From: Torpedo marmorata
Lineage: Eukaryota
Reading direction: 5' to 3'
Assembly (NCBI GenBank): GCA_977017645.1
Contig: OZ360227.1
Span: 24,118,001-24,182,000 of the forward strand
Length of the DNA: 64,000 nt
The position numbers and the translations under genes were made by a program. Positions 24,792 to 36,139 of the stretch are shown here, piece by piece. The first letter of the stretch is position 1, and each line of letters begins with the position of its first letter. The notes beneath the pieces were generated by a model, which did no database searches, was not told where the DNA came from, and saw only the letters and a program-made list of their open reading frames with translations.

Positions 24792-25624
24792 AAGACTAGT
24801 CAGTCGTATTGATAACCCAAGGGCTCAGAATCCCATGCTTCCAGTTAAATAACGCCTCAAGGGAGCTTGCAAGAAGTGTGTCTCTCTGGTGCCCTGCTTG
24901 CAGTTTGGGAAGGTCGGCCAGGCAGGGACCCACTGCTGTTTGTGGAACTCTTATCATCCTTCAGTTGCTTTTGATGTGGAATGCACTCCTGCCAAGTGTC
25001 AGACCTGAGTGTTTGAAATGAGACCGACAAATGTCTGGGTCAACCAGGTCAAGTTATCTTGGCATTGACGGAAAGTTTAATGGTGCCTCCCTCTGCTTTA
25101 GAGAGCCGAGAGCACATTGTTTGGAAGGGAAAGGTTCCCTTGCGTGACTCGGGGTTGTATTTACATTATTTGCTGGCAGCCTTTTCTCATATTGGAGCAG
25201 CAACAGAACAAAGTAGTCATTAATTGTGAGGGATGTTTACCAGCATTAATAGCATTGCACAGAAGGAAATATGCCTTTATAGAACGAGATGTTTAAAAAA
25301 AAATCCTTAAGTCTGGATTACCTTGCTCGATTAGCCGGGATACAAAGAGAAGCTGGCAAGAGTCTGGATTCTGTTTCGCTGCTGGGAGTAGAAAATTGGT
25401 GCAGTGTTTCTTGATAAACTTGTAAGCTGCTTCTGCTGCCTTGGAGTTCTTCTGCTGTGACCTGAACAGCCACTGTTAACTATTCCCTGTAGGTGGTGGG
25501 CACTCAGTCTCTTGTACTAAAGGCGCTGGCACTGGAGAGGAGGGGCAGCTGGGGACAACTGAAGGTCACGGTCCAAATCCCGTGTTCCAATGGGAGAGTG
25601 CCGGTGCTCACCCTCCTGCTCCAT

Positions 25625-27162
25625 GAGCTCCGTGCTCGGCAGCGTCCACGAGGGGTTGCAGACTCCGGAGGAGCAGCGGACTGGCGCAGAGCACCAGAAA
25701 CAGGGAGAACACCCCCTCCCACCCACTGTTGAGGAGAAGCAGAGGAGATGACCCTACAGGACGGTGACCACAGCAGTGGATCAGTGAGGGGCTCAGCAGC
25801 AGAGGGACCCACACAAGCTGCAGGTGGTCAGCGACTTGCGGTCGAGGATCTCATACATGTTGTGGGCTGCTGGCGACTTGCGGTTGAAGGACCCACACAG
25901 GCTGCGGGCTGCTGGTGATTTGCGGTTGAAGGACCCACACAGATTCAAGATTCAAGATTCCTTTATTTTCATGTAATAAAGACAGTGCAATATTACACGG
26001 AATTTGCTTTCGTCTGCTGTAAGGTAAATAGATTCGCCATCGGCAGAAATTGTCTGAAACGTCTCTTACAGTCCGAGAAAGAGAAGCAAAAGAGAGACCC
26101 CGAGTGTCCGTGGATTCGCTTCCAGCGCTGCCGCAGCCCCCGCAACCACAGAGTCCCGTCCAAACCATCAGCAGCCCAAGCTCCAGATCCGAACCTCTGA
26201 CACGATCAGGAAGCCTTCAGTGCCCTCGGCACCTTCTCGCATCCCGGTTCCAATACCTGGTACCCCTTCAGGCAGTCTGCAGCCCGGTGTGAATCCCTCG
26301 ACTGCAGTCGCAAGCAGCCCACAGCCTGTGCGGGTTCCTCACCGCGAGTCGCCAACAGCCCGCTGCCTGTGTGTTCTTCAACCGCAGAACCCCTCACTGT
26401 ACGCCGCCGCCGTGGTCACCATCCCATTGATCATCTCCTCTGCTTCTCCTTCTGAAACGGAGGGTGGTCTCTCCATTTTCTGGTGCTCTGCGCCAGTTCT
26501 CTGCTTCCCCAGAGTCAACAAACCCCTCATTTCTGCTGCTGATCATAGGCGCCACCATCTTGGGTGCAGACCCCGCGGTCTCAGAATTTTTAAATAAAAC
26601 CACTGTCTGCTCCATTAACAGGCCGTTTAAAGCCAGTACTTAGTTGACGGCTGTCGGACTGGGCGGTTGGACCCCGCGGGAGCACTGTGTCTCTGCTCCC
26701 CTCTCGTCGGGGGTCCACATCAGCGGCAGCACTGCTGTTACAGCAGCTCCGGCAGCGCCGCCATTGGGTGACCACAGGCTGCGGGCTGCTGGAGACTGGC
26801 TCATGGGAGCCAGATATCAGTATCAGAACTGGGTTTCGTGAGGGTTCTGAGGGCAAGAAGGGCTCCTGAAGGTCCTTGGGCGCTGAAGGCTTCCCGATCA
26901 CGTCGGATGTTTGGATCTGGAGCTCGGGTTGCCAATGGATCGAACAGGGGTCTGTGCAGTTGCAGAGGTTGCGGGAGCGCTAGAGGTGTCCACGGACACT
27001 CAGTGCCTCTGAAGGGACTCTCTTTTGCTTCTCTTTCTCTCGTACTGTAAGGGGTGCCGGGCAACACTAATGGCGACTTTTTGTCTGCCTCACGGCAGGC
27101 AGAAGGCAATTTTGTGTAATATTACATTTTCTGTATTATTACATGACAATAAAAGAATCTTG
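25625..27162 (+). mobile_element. ORF-less retroposon copy, interrupted by an inverted copy of the same family
   Basis: Homologous to 25941-26765 and 50775-51393; ~42-bp internal tandem repeats; AATAAAAGAATCTTG tail. Confidence 0.75.
25941..26765 (-). mobile_element. Apparently full-length (~825 bp) ORF-less retroposon
   Basis: Head AATGGCGGC; tail AATAAAGGAATCTTGAATCTTGAATCT; related copies at 38604, 43950 and 50775. Confidence 0.75.
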
Positions 27163-27404
27163 GAAGTCATTCCATTGCTTGCCAAGGACTGAGGGAACTG
27201 TGCAAGACAGTCTGATGGAATGCCTCCCAGCAGGAGGAGGGGGTCAAAGGATTCTTTGAGTGGGAGTGACTCATGTCATTGTTTATCGAGTGGAACATTG
27301 AGTTATTTTGTGAGCAAAGAAACACCATTCATGACAAATTCACTTTCAAATTCATTCTAGCACTGTTGAGCACCCAACTTTATTCCTGCCATGGTGGATG
27401 TGTT

Positions 27405-27647
27405 ATTAAATTTAGACATACAGCATGTAACAGGCCCTTCCGGCCCACGAGCCCGTGCTCCCAAATACACCAATTAACTTACAATTGCTGTTCATTTTTG
27501 GAGGGTGGGAGGAAACTCGAGCACCCTGAGGAAACCCACGCAGACACGGGGAGAACGTACAAACTCCTTACAGACGGCGGTGGATTCGAACACAGGTCGC
27601 TGGCGCTGTAATAGCGTTGTGCTAACCACTATGCTAACTGTGCCGCC
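27405..27647 (-). mobile_element. HE1-like V-SINE
   Basis: Complete tRNA-like head, V-domain and tail. Confidence 0.88.
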
Positions 27648-28064
27648 TCTTGCCCCCTCTCTCTCTCTCTCGATGCCCCTTTGTCTCTCGATCTGCCCTT
27701 GGTCCACCCCCCTCACCCCCACCCACTGCCCCCCACACCCCTCCCCCAACATTTGTTCTTTGCTAATTAAAATGACCAGTGTACAGTGTAGTGCAGACTG
27801 TCACTGAGATGTCAGAGTGTGGATGAGCTTATTTGGATATGCCCCTTCATGGATACATTGTTTCTGTGAGCTGGAGTTTTGCTTTGCACCATCAACTGCC
27901 CTTGGCCTGACGATTCTTGTTGCTGCCAAATTGGTGGAGTGCTCCGTTTCAAACTTTTATGCTTTTGTCATAGATATGTTGGAGGGGTAAAAAAAAATAA
28001 TTTTTTTTTAAAAGTAGGGGCTGACTCAGAATGGGGAATGGGGTCCTATGGGCACTGACTCACG

Positions 28065-28750
28065 ATAATAAGTTTATTGTCATTTACATTGTACAGTATA
28101 CATCTGCACCAAAATTCTTACTTGCTGCAGTTGAGCAGGTACTTCGTATATAAAAAAAACATCAATGACTACTATATACTAAATAATTTAAATGAGACAA
28201 TAATTAAACAAAAATAGATAATAAATATTCACAGTTATCCGAGTGCAAAAACAAGTGTCAGCAATAGTGGAGACAGTCATTTTGTGGTGTCGGGGCAGTC
28301 CCTGATTAGGGAGGTTTAAGATTCTGATATCTGTTGGAAAGAAACTGTTCTTGAACCCAGAGGTGCTGCACTTCAGGCTTCTGTACCTTCTGCCCGAAGG
28401 TAGCAGTGAGAAGAGATTGTGACCAGGGTGATGGGGGTCCTCTATGATGTTGGCTGCCTTCTTGAGGCAGTGCCTTACATAGATGCATTCAAAGCATTGG
28501 AGGTCGGAGCCTGTGATGGACCTTGGCTATGTTTGTTGCCTTCTGGAGCCTTCTGCGTTCCGAGGCAGTTGAGTTGCCAAACCAGGCTGTGATGCCACCA
28601 GTCAGTACACTTTCCACAATGCACCTGTAGAAGGATTATAGAATATTTGACAACATATCATATGTCGTCAGACTCCTTGGAAGGTAAAGGCACTGGTGTG
28701 CCTTCTTCATGGTTGCCTCAATGGGCTGGCTCCAGGGGAGGTCTTTTGAA
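28065..28750 (-). mobile_element. Rex1/Babar LINE 3' fragment
   Basis: KKAANIIEDPHHPGH..LPSGRRYRS on the reverse strand. Confidence 0.8.
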
Positions 28751-29164
28751 ATAATAGGCAGGCAGGTGAATGTTTCATCCCTTTGGAGAACTGCCAGGAG
28801 GATTGGCATCATTACCAGGGGTGATGGAGATATCCAGAGCTAGACTGGCGCACTGCTCTGCACTGGTCATGAAGCCCATCCTCTAGGTGTGAAAGGGGTG
28901 ACCTCCTCTATCCTCACTTGACCACACCTGTCGTGGGCTGTGGGGTGTTGCATATGCTCTCCTGAGTGGAGAAGACCTTGCATCCCCTCAGGGTCCAGAT
29001 GCCTGCCAGCCCTCCAAGCCATTGTTCCTCATTGATTTGAATGAATGAATGAAGTTTATTGTCATGCACACAAGTGCAATGTACTGATTCACCAAAATTC
29101 TTACTTGGTGCAGCCACACAGGTTCATAAAAACACAATCATAGCAATTTAAGCATTAACACAAA

Positions 29165-29470
29165 AGTTCAAGTTCAAGTTTATTATCATCCAATTGTATA
29201 AGTACAACCTGACGAAATAGTGTTCTCCGGTCTTCGGTGCAAAAACATGCAAACACACATCCAGACATAACGCACATACAGACAAACAATACACATGCAG
29301 CACGTATATACGTATATAAAAATAAATAAATATTGTTTAATAAACAGTAGAATCTCGGAGGGTTTGTGTGAGCATTTCATTCAGTCGTTCAGCAGTCTCA
29401 CTGCCTGTGGGAAGAATTTGTTTCTCAGCCTGGTGGTTCTGGCTCTGATACTCCTGTGTCTCTTTCCCAC
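29165..29470 (-). mobile_element. Rex1 3' UTR/tail
   Basis: (AACTTG)n tail; matches the 3' UTR of the 13540-22260 element. Confidence 0.75.
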
Positions 29471-29821
29471 AAAGAGAGAAAAAGAAGATTATAAATGAAG
29501 AGAAAAGACAATAAATAATATATGCTCATAGTTGGCCAGAAGTGCAAACAAACATTGTGTTGGCCGTACAGATCGATCTGTTGGTGTCTTGGGGTGGTTA
29601 TGGTTCGAGTAATGCCCTACACATGCTCTAGATCGCAAAGGATCAAAATATAGGAGCTAGCAAGTCGAAATGCGGTGAGGGAGTTGGTAATTGAATGTTC
29701 ACTGGGTTCATTGTAGTCAGCCTTGCTGGTCTCACTGTCGGAGGTGCGGGGGTGGGGGGTGTCAGGTGGTGTGCTCAAGGTCACTCTGCTGTTGCTGATA
29801 CTCCTTTCTCCTGTTTTCTAG

Positions 29822-29911
29822 GTTCTGAACGGCTTTATTCTGGTTGTCACTGCTGAAGGATACGTCTTTTACGCATCCTCCACCATCCAGGATTACCTTG
29901 GCTTCCACCAG
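29822..29911 (+). CDS. AHR: AHR exon 4, PAS-A N-terminal part
   Basis: TTTCTAG acceptor, GTGAGT donor, 90 bp, phase 0-0; [30 protein letters not shown]. Not in the ORF track. Confidence 0.97.
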
Positions 29912-30374
29912 GTGAGTGTGTATCCAGCTGTGTAGGATCCTCACCATAGAACCACTGTTGGAAGGTCCAATTGCCGAACCTTGAATCAAGCAGCATCCTG
30001 AGTTAGATGTTAGACAGTAGCGATTAATTGTCAATCTTTCTGAGTTCTTTATTCGTTGCTCCTCTTACAACCAGGCCACACTTTAATTCTTGGTGTCACT
30101 GGTTTTAATCACTCCTGAGCTGCTCACCTGAATTTGAGTTCTGGAACCCCTTTGCTCCCCTTTTGAATTTAGCCTTTAATCCCTCATCCAGATATGTAGG
30201 GGTGTGCCAAATTTATTTTGACAAAATTAAATTTGATGCTGAGAGATGTTGTTAAAAAGGAATATGTTTAGGGATCTGAATCAGACATGGCTCAAAAGGA
30301 ATATTTTTAAAAAAGCAGCAAGCAACTCAAACAGAGAATCAGGAAGGGCCCAAAAATCCATGAAATGTGAGTAG

Positions 30375-32351
30375 TGTTACAAACTCAAACCAGCAACGAC
30401 AGAAGACGCAAGGCAAAAGGGGTAAAATTGAAATTTATATTTATTAAAGACAATTAAACGTATAATTTCTTAACAATTAACCCCACTATAAACGTCGATA
30501 AACACTATTCTTATCTAAAGAGTGTGTGTGTGTGTAAAGCCCAGACCATTACAGTCTGTGCCCAACCCTCATGTAAAAATGGAAAAACTTCCCCAAACCC
30601 CCAGGTCAGTCATAAAAATAAGTCAGTCCCAAGAATGCAGTCCACAAAAATCACTCTTTATGTTCAGGATCCAAATTCAGCTATGCGTGCTGGCACGAAG
30701 GACTTCTTAATGAACGTTGGAGAGAGAGGCAATAACTGTTTAAGCTTGGCCTGCTTTTCTTCTCTGATGACTTTCCCTTTTGGTAGGTACACAAGGATTG
30801 CGATTCCAAATCAGTTTTGATTGAGGCATATACTTGGATCTCACAGCCTGTCTCGCTGATCTCACGCCTGTTCTCCACGAAAGTTGTGTTTACTCAGGAT
30901 TTTGCTGATACAGGAGGCCATGTGCTATTCTCCCAGCCTTTTCCCCTGGGATGCACAAGCCTGGATTTGGCTGTGTTGTTCCAGCCTCTTGCAACTCCAG
31001 ACTGAATGCTTTTTGCAGAGTTTTGCACCTGCTTTTGCAAAAGTTCAACAAAGTATCTTTCCACAGCCTGTCTCTCTCTGGTGTCTCTCTCTCTGAGTAC
31101 AGCCAGTCAGAATCGGAATCAGAATCAGAATCAGAATTTATTGTCATGAACAAGTCATGAAATTCGGTGTTTTGCGGCAGCATCATAGTGCAATTAACAT
31201 TCATATTAACCATCTAACGACATTACTATAAAAATTATAAACAATAGTGCACGAAAAGTAAGGCAGTGTCTTTGGTTCATTGATTATTCAGGAATCTGAT
31301 GGCAGCGGGGAAGAAGCTGTCCTTGTGCCGTTGAGTGCTCGTCTTTAGGCTCCTGTACCTTTTTCCCGATGGAAGCAGAGTGAAGAGGGCATGGCCTGGG
31401 TGGTGGGGGTCCTTGAGGATAGAGGCTGCTTTTTTAAGACACCGCCTCATGTAGATGTCCTCGATGGAGTGAAGTTTGGTGCCTATGATGTCACAGGCCG
31501 AGTTAACAACCTTCTGAGTTTACTCTTGTCCTGGGAGTTGGCGCCTCCATACCAGGCAGTGATGCAACCAGCCAGAATGCTCTCCACGGTACACCTGTAG
31601 AAGTTTACGAGAGTCTTTGGTGACATACCGAATCTCCGCAAACACCTCACAAAGTATAGCCGCTGACGAGCCTTCTTTGTGATTGCATCCACGTGGATGC
31701 TCCAGGACAGATCCTCGGAGATGTTGACACCCAGGAATTTGAAGTTCTTGACCCTCTCCACGACTGAGCCCTCGATGAGGACTGGGTCGTGTTCCCCTGA
31801 CTTCCTCCTGAAGTCCACAATCATCTCCTTGGTTTTGCTGACGTTGAGCTCAAGGTTGTTGCTATTACACCATTCAACGAGCTGATCTATCTCCCTCCTG
31901 TACGCTTCCTCATTGCCTTTTGTGATTCTGCCGACAACTGTGGTGTCATCGGCAAACTTGTATATGGCATTGGAATTGTGCCTGGCCACACAGTCATGGG
32001 TGTATAACGAGTAGAGCAGTGGACTAAGCACGCATCCTTGGGGTGCGCCTGTGTTGATAATCAGTGAGGAGGAGACGTTGTTTCCAATTTGTACTGACTG
32101 TGGTCTTCCGATGAGAAAGTCAAGGATCCAGTTGCAGAGGGGGGTACAGAGGCCTAGAGTTTGTAGCTTCTTGACCAGCACTGTGGGAATAATGGTATTG
32201 AAGGCCGAGCTGTAGTCGATGAAGAGCAACCGTATGTATGAATTCCTGGGCAAGTTAATTCTTTCAGTACCTGGTCCCAGTGTGTACTCCAAAGACTTCA
32301 TCCTTCCTGCTGACCGTCCGCAGTCCAAATGGTCAGTCATGGTCCATAACA
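30375..32351 (-). mobile_element. Solo LTR (copy 2), interrupted by Rex1
   Basis: TGTTA...TAACA ends, 4-bp TSD GTAG; same family as 14982-22167. Confidence 0.88.
31108..32243 (-). mobile_element. 5'-truncated Rex1/Babar LINE
   Basis: ORF 31483-32340: [29 protein letters not shown]; (ATTCTG)n tail. Confidence 0.92.
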
Positions 32352-32367
32352 GTAGGAGTAAGGAGAA

Positions 32368-33485
32368 TGTGTAATTGGATCATGGATTTCCTCACCTCCA
32401 GCCCACAATCAGTGAAGATTGGTAAGAACATCTCCTCCACAATCTCCATCAGTACCGGAGGACCACAGGGCTGTGTTCTTAGCCCCCTGCTCTACTCACT
32501 TTACACCTACGACTGTGTAGCTCGGTACGACAATAACACCATCTACAAATTTGCCGATGATACCACGGTAGTGGGTTGTATAAAGGAAGGGGATGAGTCA
32601 GCATACAGGTTGGAGATTGAAAACTTGTCTGAATGGTGCACCAACAACAACCTTGCACTCAATGTCACCAAAACCAAGGAGCTGATTGTTGACTTCAGGA
32701 AGGGAAAACCTGAGGTATATGATCCAGTGATCATTGGAGGATAAGAGGCGGAGAGGGTGAGCAAATTTAAGTTCTTGAGAGTCACTATCTCAGAGGATCT
32801 TTCCTGGACTCAACACACTAATGGCATTGTGAAGAAAGCACGTCAGCACCTTTGCTTCCTCAGGAGTTTGCGGTAGTTTGGTATGACACCAGAAACCCTG
32901 GCAAATTTCTACAGATGTGTGGTGGAAAGTGTGCTGACCAGCTTCATCACGGTCTGGTATGGGGACACCAGTACCCCTGAGCGCAAAGCCCTGCAAAAGG
33001 TAGTGGACACAGCCCAGGACATCACAGGCAAAGCCCTCCCCACCATCGAGAACATCTACAGGGAACGCTGCCGTCGGAGAGCAGCAGCAATCATCAAGGA
33101 TCCACACTACCCAGCACACGCTCTGTTCTCGCTACTATCATCAGGAAAGAGGTATAGATGCCATAAGACTCGCACCACCAGGTTCAGGAACAGCTTCTAC
33201 CCTCCACCATCAGACTCCTCAACAACAAACTCAATCAGGGATTCATTTAAGGGCTCTTACTTGTGCACTTTATTGATTTTTTTATTTTCACTGTATTGCA
33301 GTCAGTTTGTCTACATTAGTTATCTGTTTACAGTTCTTTATTTGTTTATATGTGTACGCTGTGTAGTTATTTTTTTTGCATTACCAATAAGTGGTAATTC
33401 CGTCTCACCCACAGGAAACAGAATCTCAGGGTTGTATGTGATGACATGTATGTACTCTGACAATAAATCTAGAATCTGAATCTGA
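32368..33485 (+). mobile_element. 5'-truncated Rex1/Babar LINE
   Basis: [32 protein letters not shown]; AATAAATCTAGAATCTGAATCTG tail. Confidence 0.92.
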
Positions 33486-33544
33486 AATATATACATTAAA
33501 ATCAAGAGGGTTGCTGGGGAGAGAGCAGGAAGACTCAAGGACAA

Positions 33545-33765
33545 ACGTAAATACACAAAAGTGCTGCAGAAACTCAGCCAGTACTGCAGCATCCCAAGAG
33601 GCAAAGATATATGACCAACGTTTCGGGCCTGAGTCCTTTGTCAAGGTATGAACAAAAAGCAGGCAGGCACCTGAATAAAAAGCTAGGGGAGGAGGAAGAT
33701 GGGGCAGTGGGAGGAGCACAGGCCAACATGCCAGAGGTCACAGGTGGATATGGGTGGGAGGTGTG
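33545..33765 (-). mobile_element. Penelope pLTR with hammerhead-like motif (33611-33650)
   Basis: CAUACC-UUGACAA-AGGACUCAGGCCC-GAAA-CG-UU-GGUCAU on the reverse strand. Confidence 0.75.
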
Positions 33766-33810
33766 GATTCCCCTTGATCTCATCCTTTGATAGCATAATC
33801 CGCTGATATT

Positions 33811-34050
33811 ATTGTAGAGATGGTCTGCTGGTCTCATTGCAGAGATGGTCTGCTGGTCCCATTACAGAGCTGGTCTGCTGGTCTCATAGAGGAGATGGTC
33901 TGCTGGTCCAATTGCAGAGATGATCTGCTGGTCTCATTGCAGAGATGGTCTGCTGGTCTCATAGAGGGAATGATCTGCTGGTCTCATTGAGGATATGGTC
34001 TGCTGGTCTCATTGAGGAGATGGTCTGCTGGTCTCATTGAAGAGATGGTC
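33811..34050. repeat. 25-26-bp tandem repeat (~9 copies)
   Basis: Unit AGAGATGGTCTGCTGGTCTCATTGC. Confidence 0.92.
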
Positions 34051-34052
34051 TT

Positions 34053-34830
34053 AGAACCATAGAACATTACAGCACAGAAACAGGCCTCTTCGGCCCTTCT
34101 AGTCTGTGCTGAACCATTTGTTTTGCCTTGTCCCACTGACCTGCACCCAGTCCATAGCCCCCATACCCCTCCCATCCATGTACCTGTCCAAATTCCTCTT
34201 AAATGTTAAAATTGAGCCCGCATTCACCACTTCAGCTGGAAGCTCGTTCCACACTCCCACCACTCTCTGTGTGAAGAAGTTCCCCCTCATGTTCCCCCTA
34301 AACTTTTCCCCTTTCACTCTGGTTTATATCTCACCTACCCTCAGTGGAAAAAGCCTATCTAGATTTACTCTGTCTATCCCCCTCATAATTTTAAATACCT
34401 CTATCAAATCTCCCCTCATTCTTCTATGTTCCAGGGAATAAAGTCCTAACCTGTTTATCCTTTCCCTGTAACTCAGTTCCTGAAGTCCGGGCAACATCCT
34501 AGTAAATCTTCTCTGCACTCTTTCTATCTTATTGATATCTTTCCTGTAGTTAGTTGACCAAAACTGCACACAATACTCCAAATTTGGCTTCACCAATGTC
34601 TTGTACAACTTTACCATAACATCCCAACTCCTGTACTCAATACTTTGATTTATGAAGGCCAATATGCCAAAAGCTCTCTTTACAACCCTATCCACCTGTG
34701 ACACCACTTTCAGGGAATTATGTATCTGTATTCCCAGATCCCTTGTTCTACCTCACTCCTCAGTGCCCTACCATTTACCGTGTACGTCCTTTCTTGGTTT
34801 GTCCTTCCAAAATGCAACACCTCACACTTG
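34053..34830 (-). mobile_element. CR1/HER1 3' fragment, same subfamily as 7800-12643
   Basis: [22 protein letters not shown]; (TTCTATGG) tail. Confidence 0.9.
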
Positions 34831-34832
34831 TC

Positions 34833-35022
34833 TGTTGGCCTGTGCTCCTCCCCCTACCTTTTTATTCAGGCACCTGCCTGCTTTTTGCTCATACCTTGAC
34901 GAAGGGCTCAGGCCCAAAACGTTGGTTATATATCTTTGCCCCCTATGGATGCTGCTGGACCTGCTGAGTTTCTCCAGCACTTTTGTGTATTTACTACAAT
35001 CCAGCATCTGTAGACTTTCATG
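34833..35022 (+). mobile_element. Penelope pLTR with hammerhead-like motif (34890-34930)
   Basis: CAUACC-UUGACGA-AGGGCUCAGGCCC-AAAA-CG-UU-GGUUAUA. Confidence 0.75.
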
Positions 35023-36139
35023 TACCACTCAAGGACACAGATGCCTAGAGCCAGAGAAATTGGGTAAGGTACTAAGAGAGTACTTTGCATTGGTATTCAT
35101 CAGGAGAAGGACATGAGATAGGGAGGGGTGTGCTGATATTCTTGGACATGTTGATATCAAGAAGGATGAGATGATGTGTTTATTACAGAACATTCAAATA
35201 GGTGAGTCCCCAGTGCCTGATGGGATCTCTATCAGGTTGTTGAGAGAGCCAAGAGAGGAGATTGTTGGGGCTGACACAGACTGGAGACTCACCTACATAA
35301 GGTATACCTTCTTCAGGTATAAGCAAAAAAACCCTGAATTAAAAAGGTGGGGGGAAGCGGGAGATGGAGAGGAGAGGATGGAGGAAGGGTAAAGGGGTGG
35401 AACACAGGCTAACAAGTAAGAGGCCACAGGTGGATACAGGTGGGAGGGTAGAAGAGAAACCACATGGTACAAAATGGCGGTGGAGACAAGTAGCCAGGAA
35501 GTACAGGTGACCGTGGAAGTGAGCCTGAGTGATCACATGGTCGTAGAGTCTGTGCCTTTTAATTCAGGCGACTGCCTGCTTTTTTTCTTACACCTGACCC
35601 AGGCCCAAAACGTTGGTTACCCTTTACTTCCTATGGATACTGCGTGATCTGCTGAGTTCCTCCAGCTCATTTGTGTACTGCACTAGTGGACTCCTGAAAC
35701 GAGCAGGCAGCCAGAAAGCTCAATCTGAGTCTTTGTGCCCCTGCATAAAGGAAAGCAGTGTTGTTATTAAGGGAACCAATGCCTCATCTCCCAGCAGGGG
35801 TGACTAAATCCAAATGGGGCCTTGTAACCCATTAGTGATTAGTTGATCAATCAGTACTGCATGGTGCAGTAATGCTGTACGCTTGAGGTGTTGCTCCCTT
35901 TGAATGGCAGTGTTTAGTTTGCTGTAAACCCTTCCTGCATTGATCGCTCCCTGCTGCTGTGTTTGAGGAGCTCTAACAGTTTTAAAGCAGCATCAGGAAA
36001 TGAAGTCTGCTGAGTACCTTTGGATAATTTTAATATGAAACGTCTGCATTTGTGCTTTGACTGAGGTTGTATTTTGGCTGGCTGGAGAGAGGTGATGTTA
36101 GTGGTTTGCTTGGTCATGGAGGTAGCCTTCTATCCAGCA

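Noticed and set aside
14982-32351. The two LTRs as ends of one 17-kb provirus that captured exon 4
   Set aside because: Each LTR has its own TSD (GTAT, GTAG); no PBS, PPT or gag-pol between them
33811-34050. Constant-core repeat with variable linkers as a CRISPR-like array
   Set aside because: Linkers are only 7-8 nt and related to each other; ordinary minisatellite
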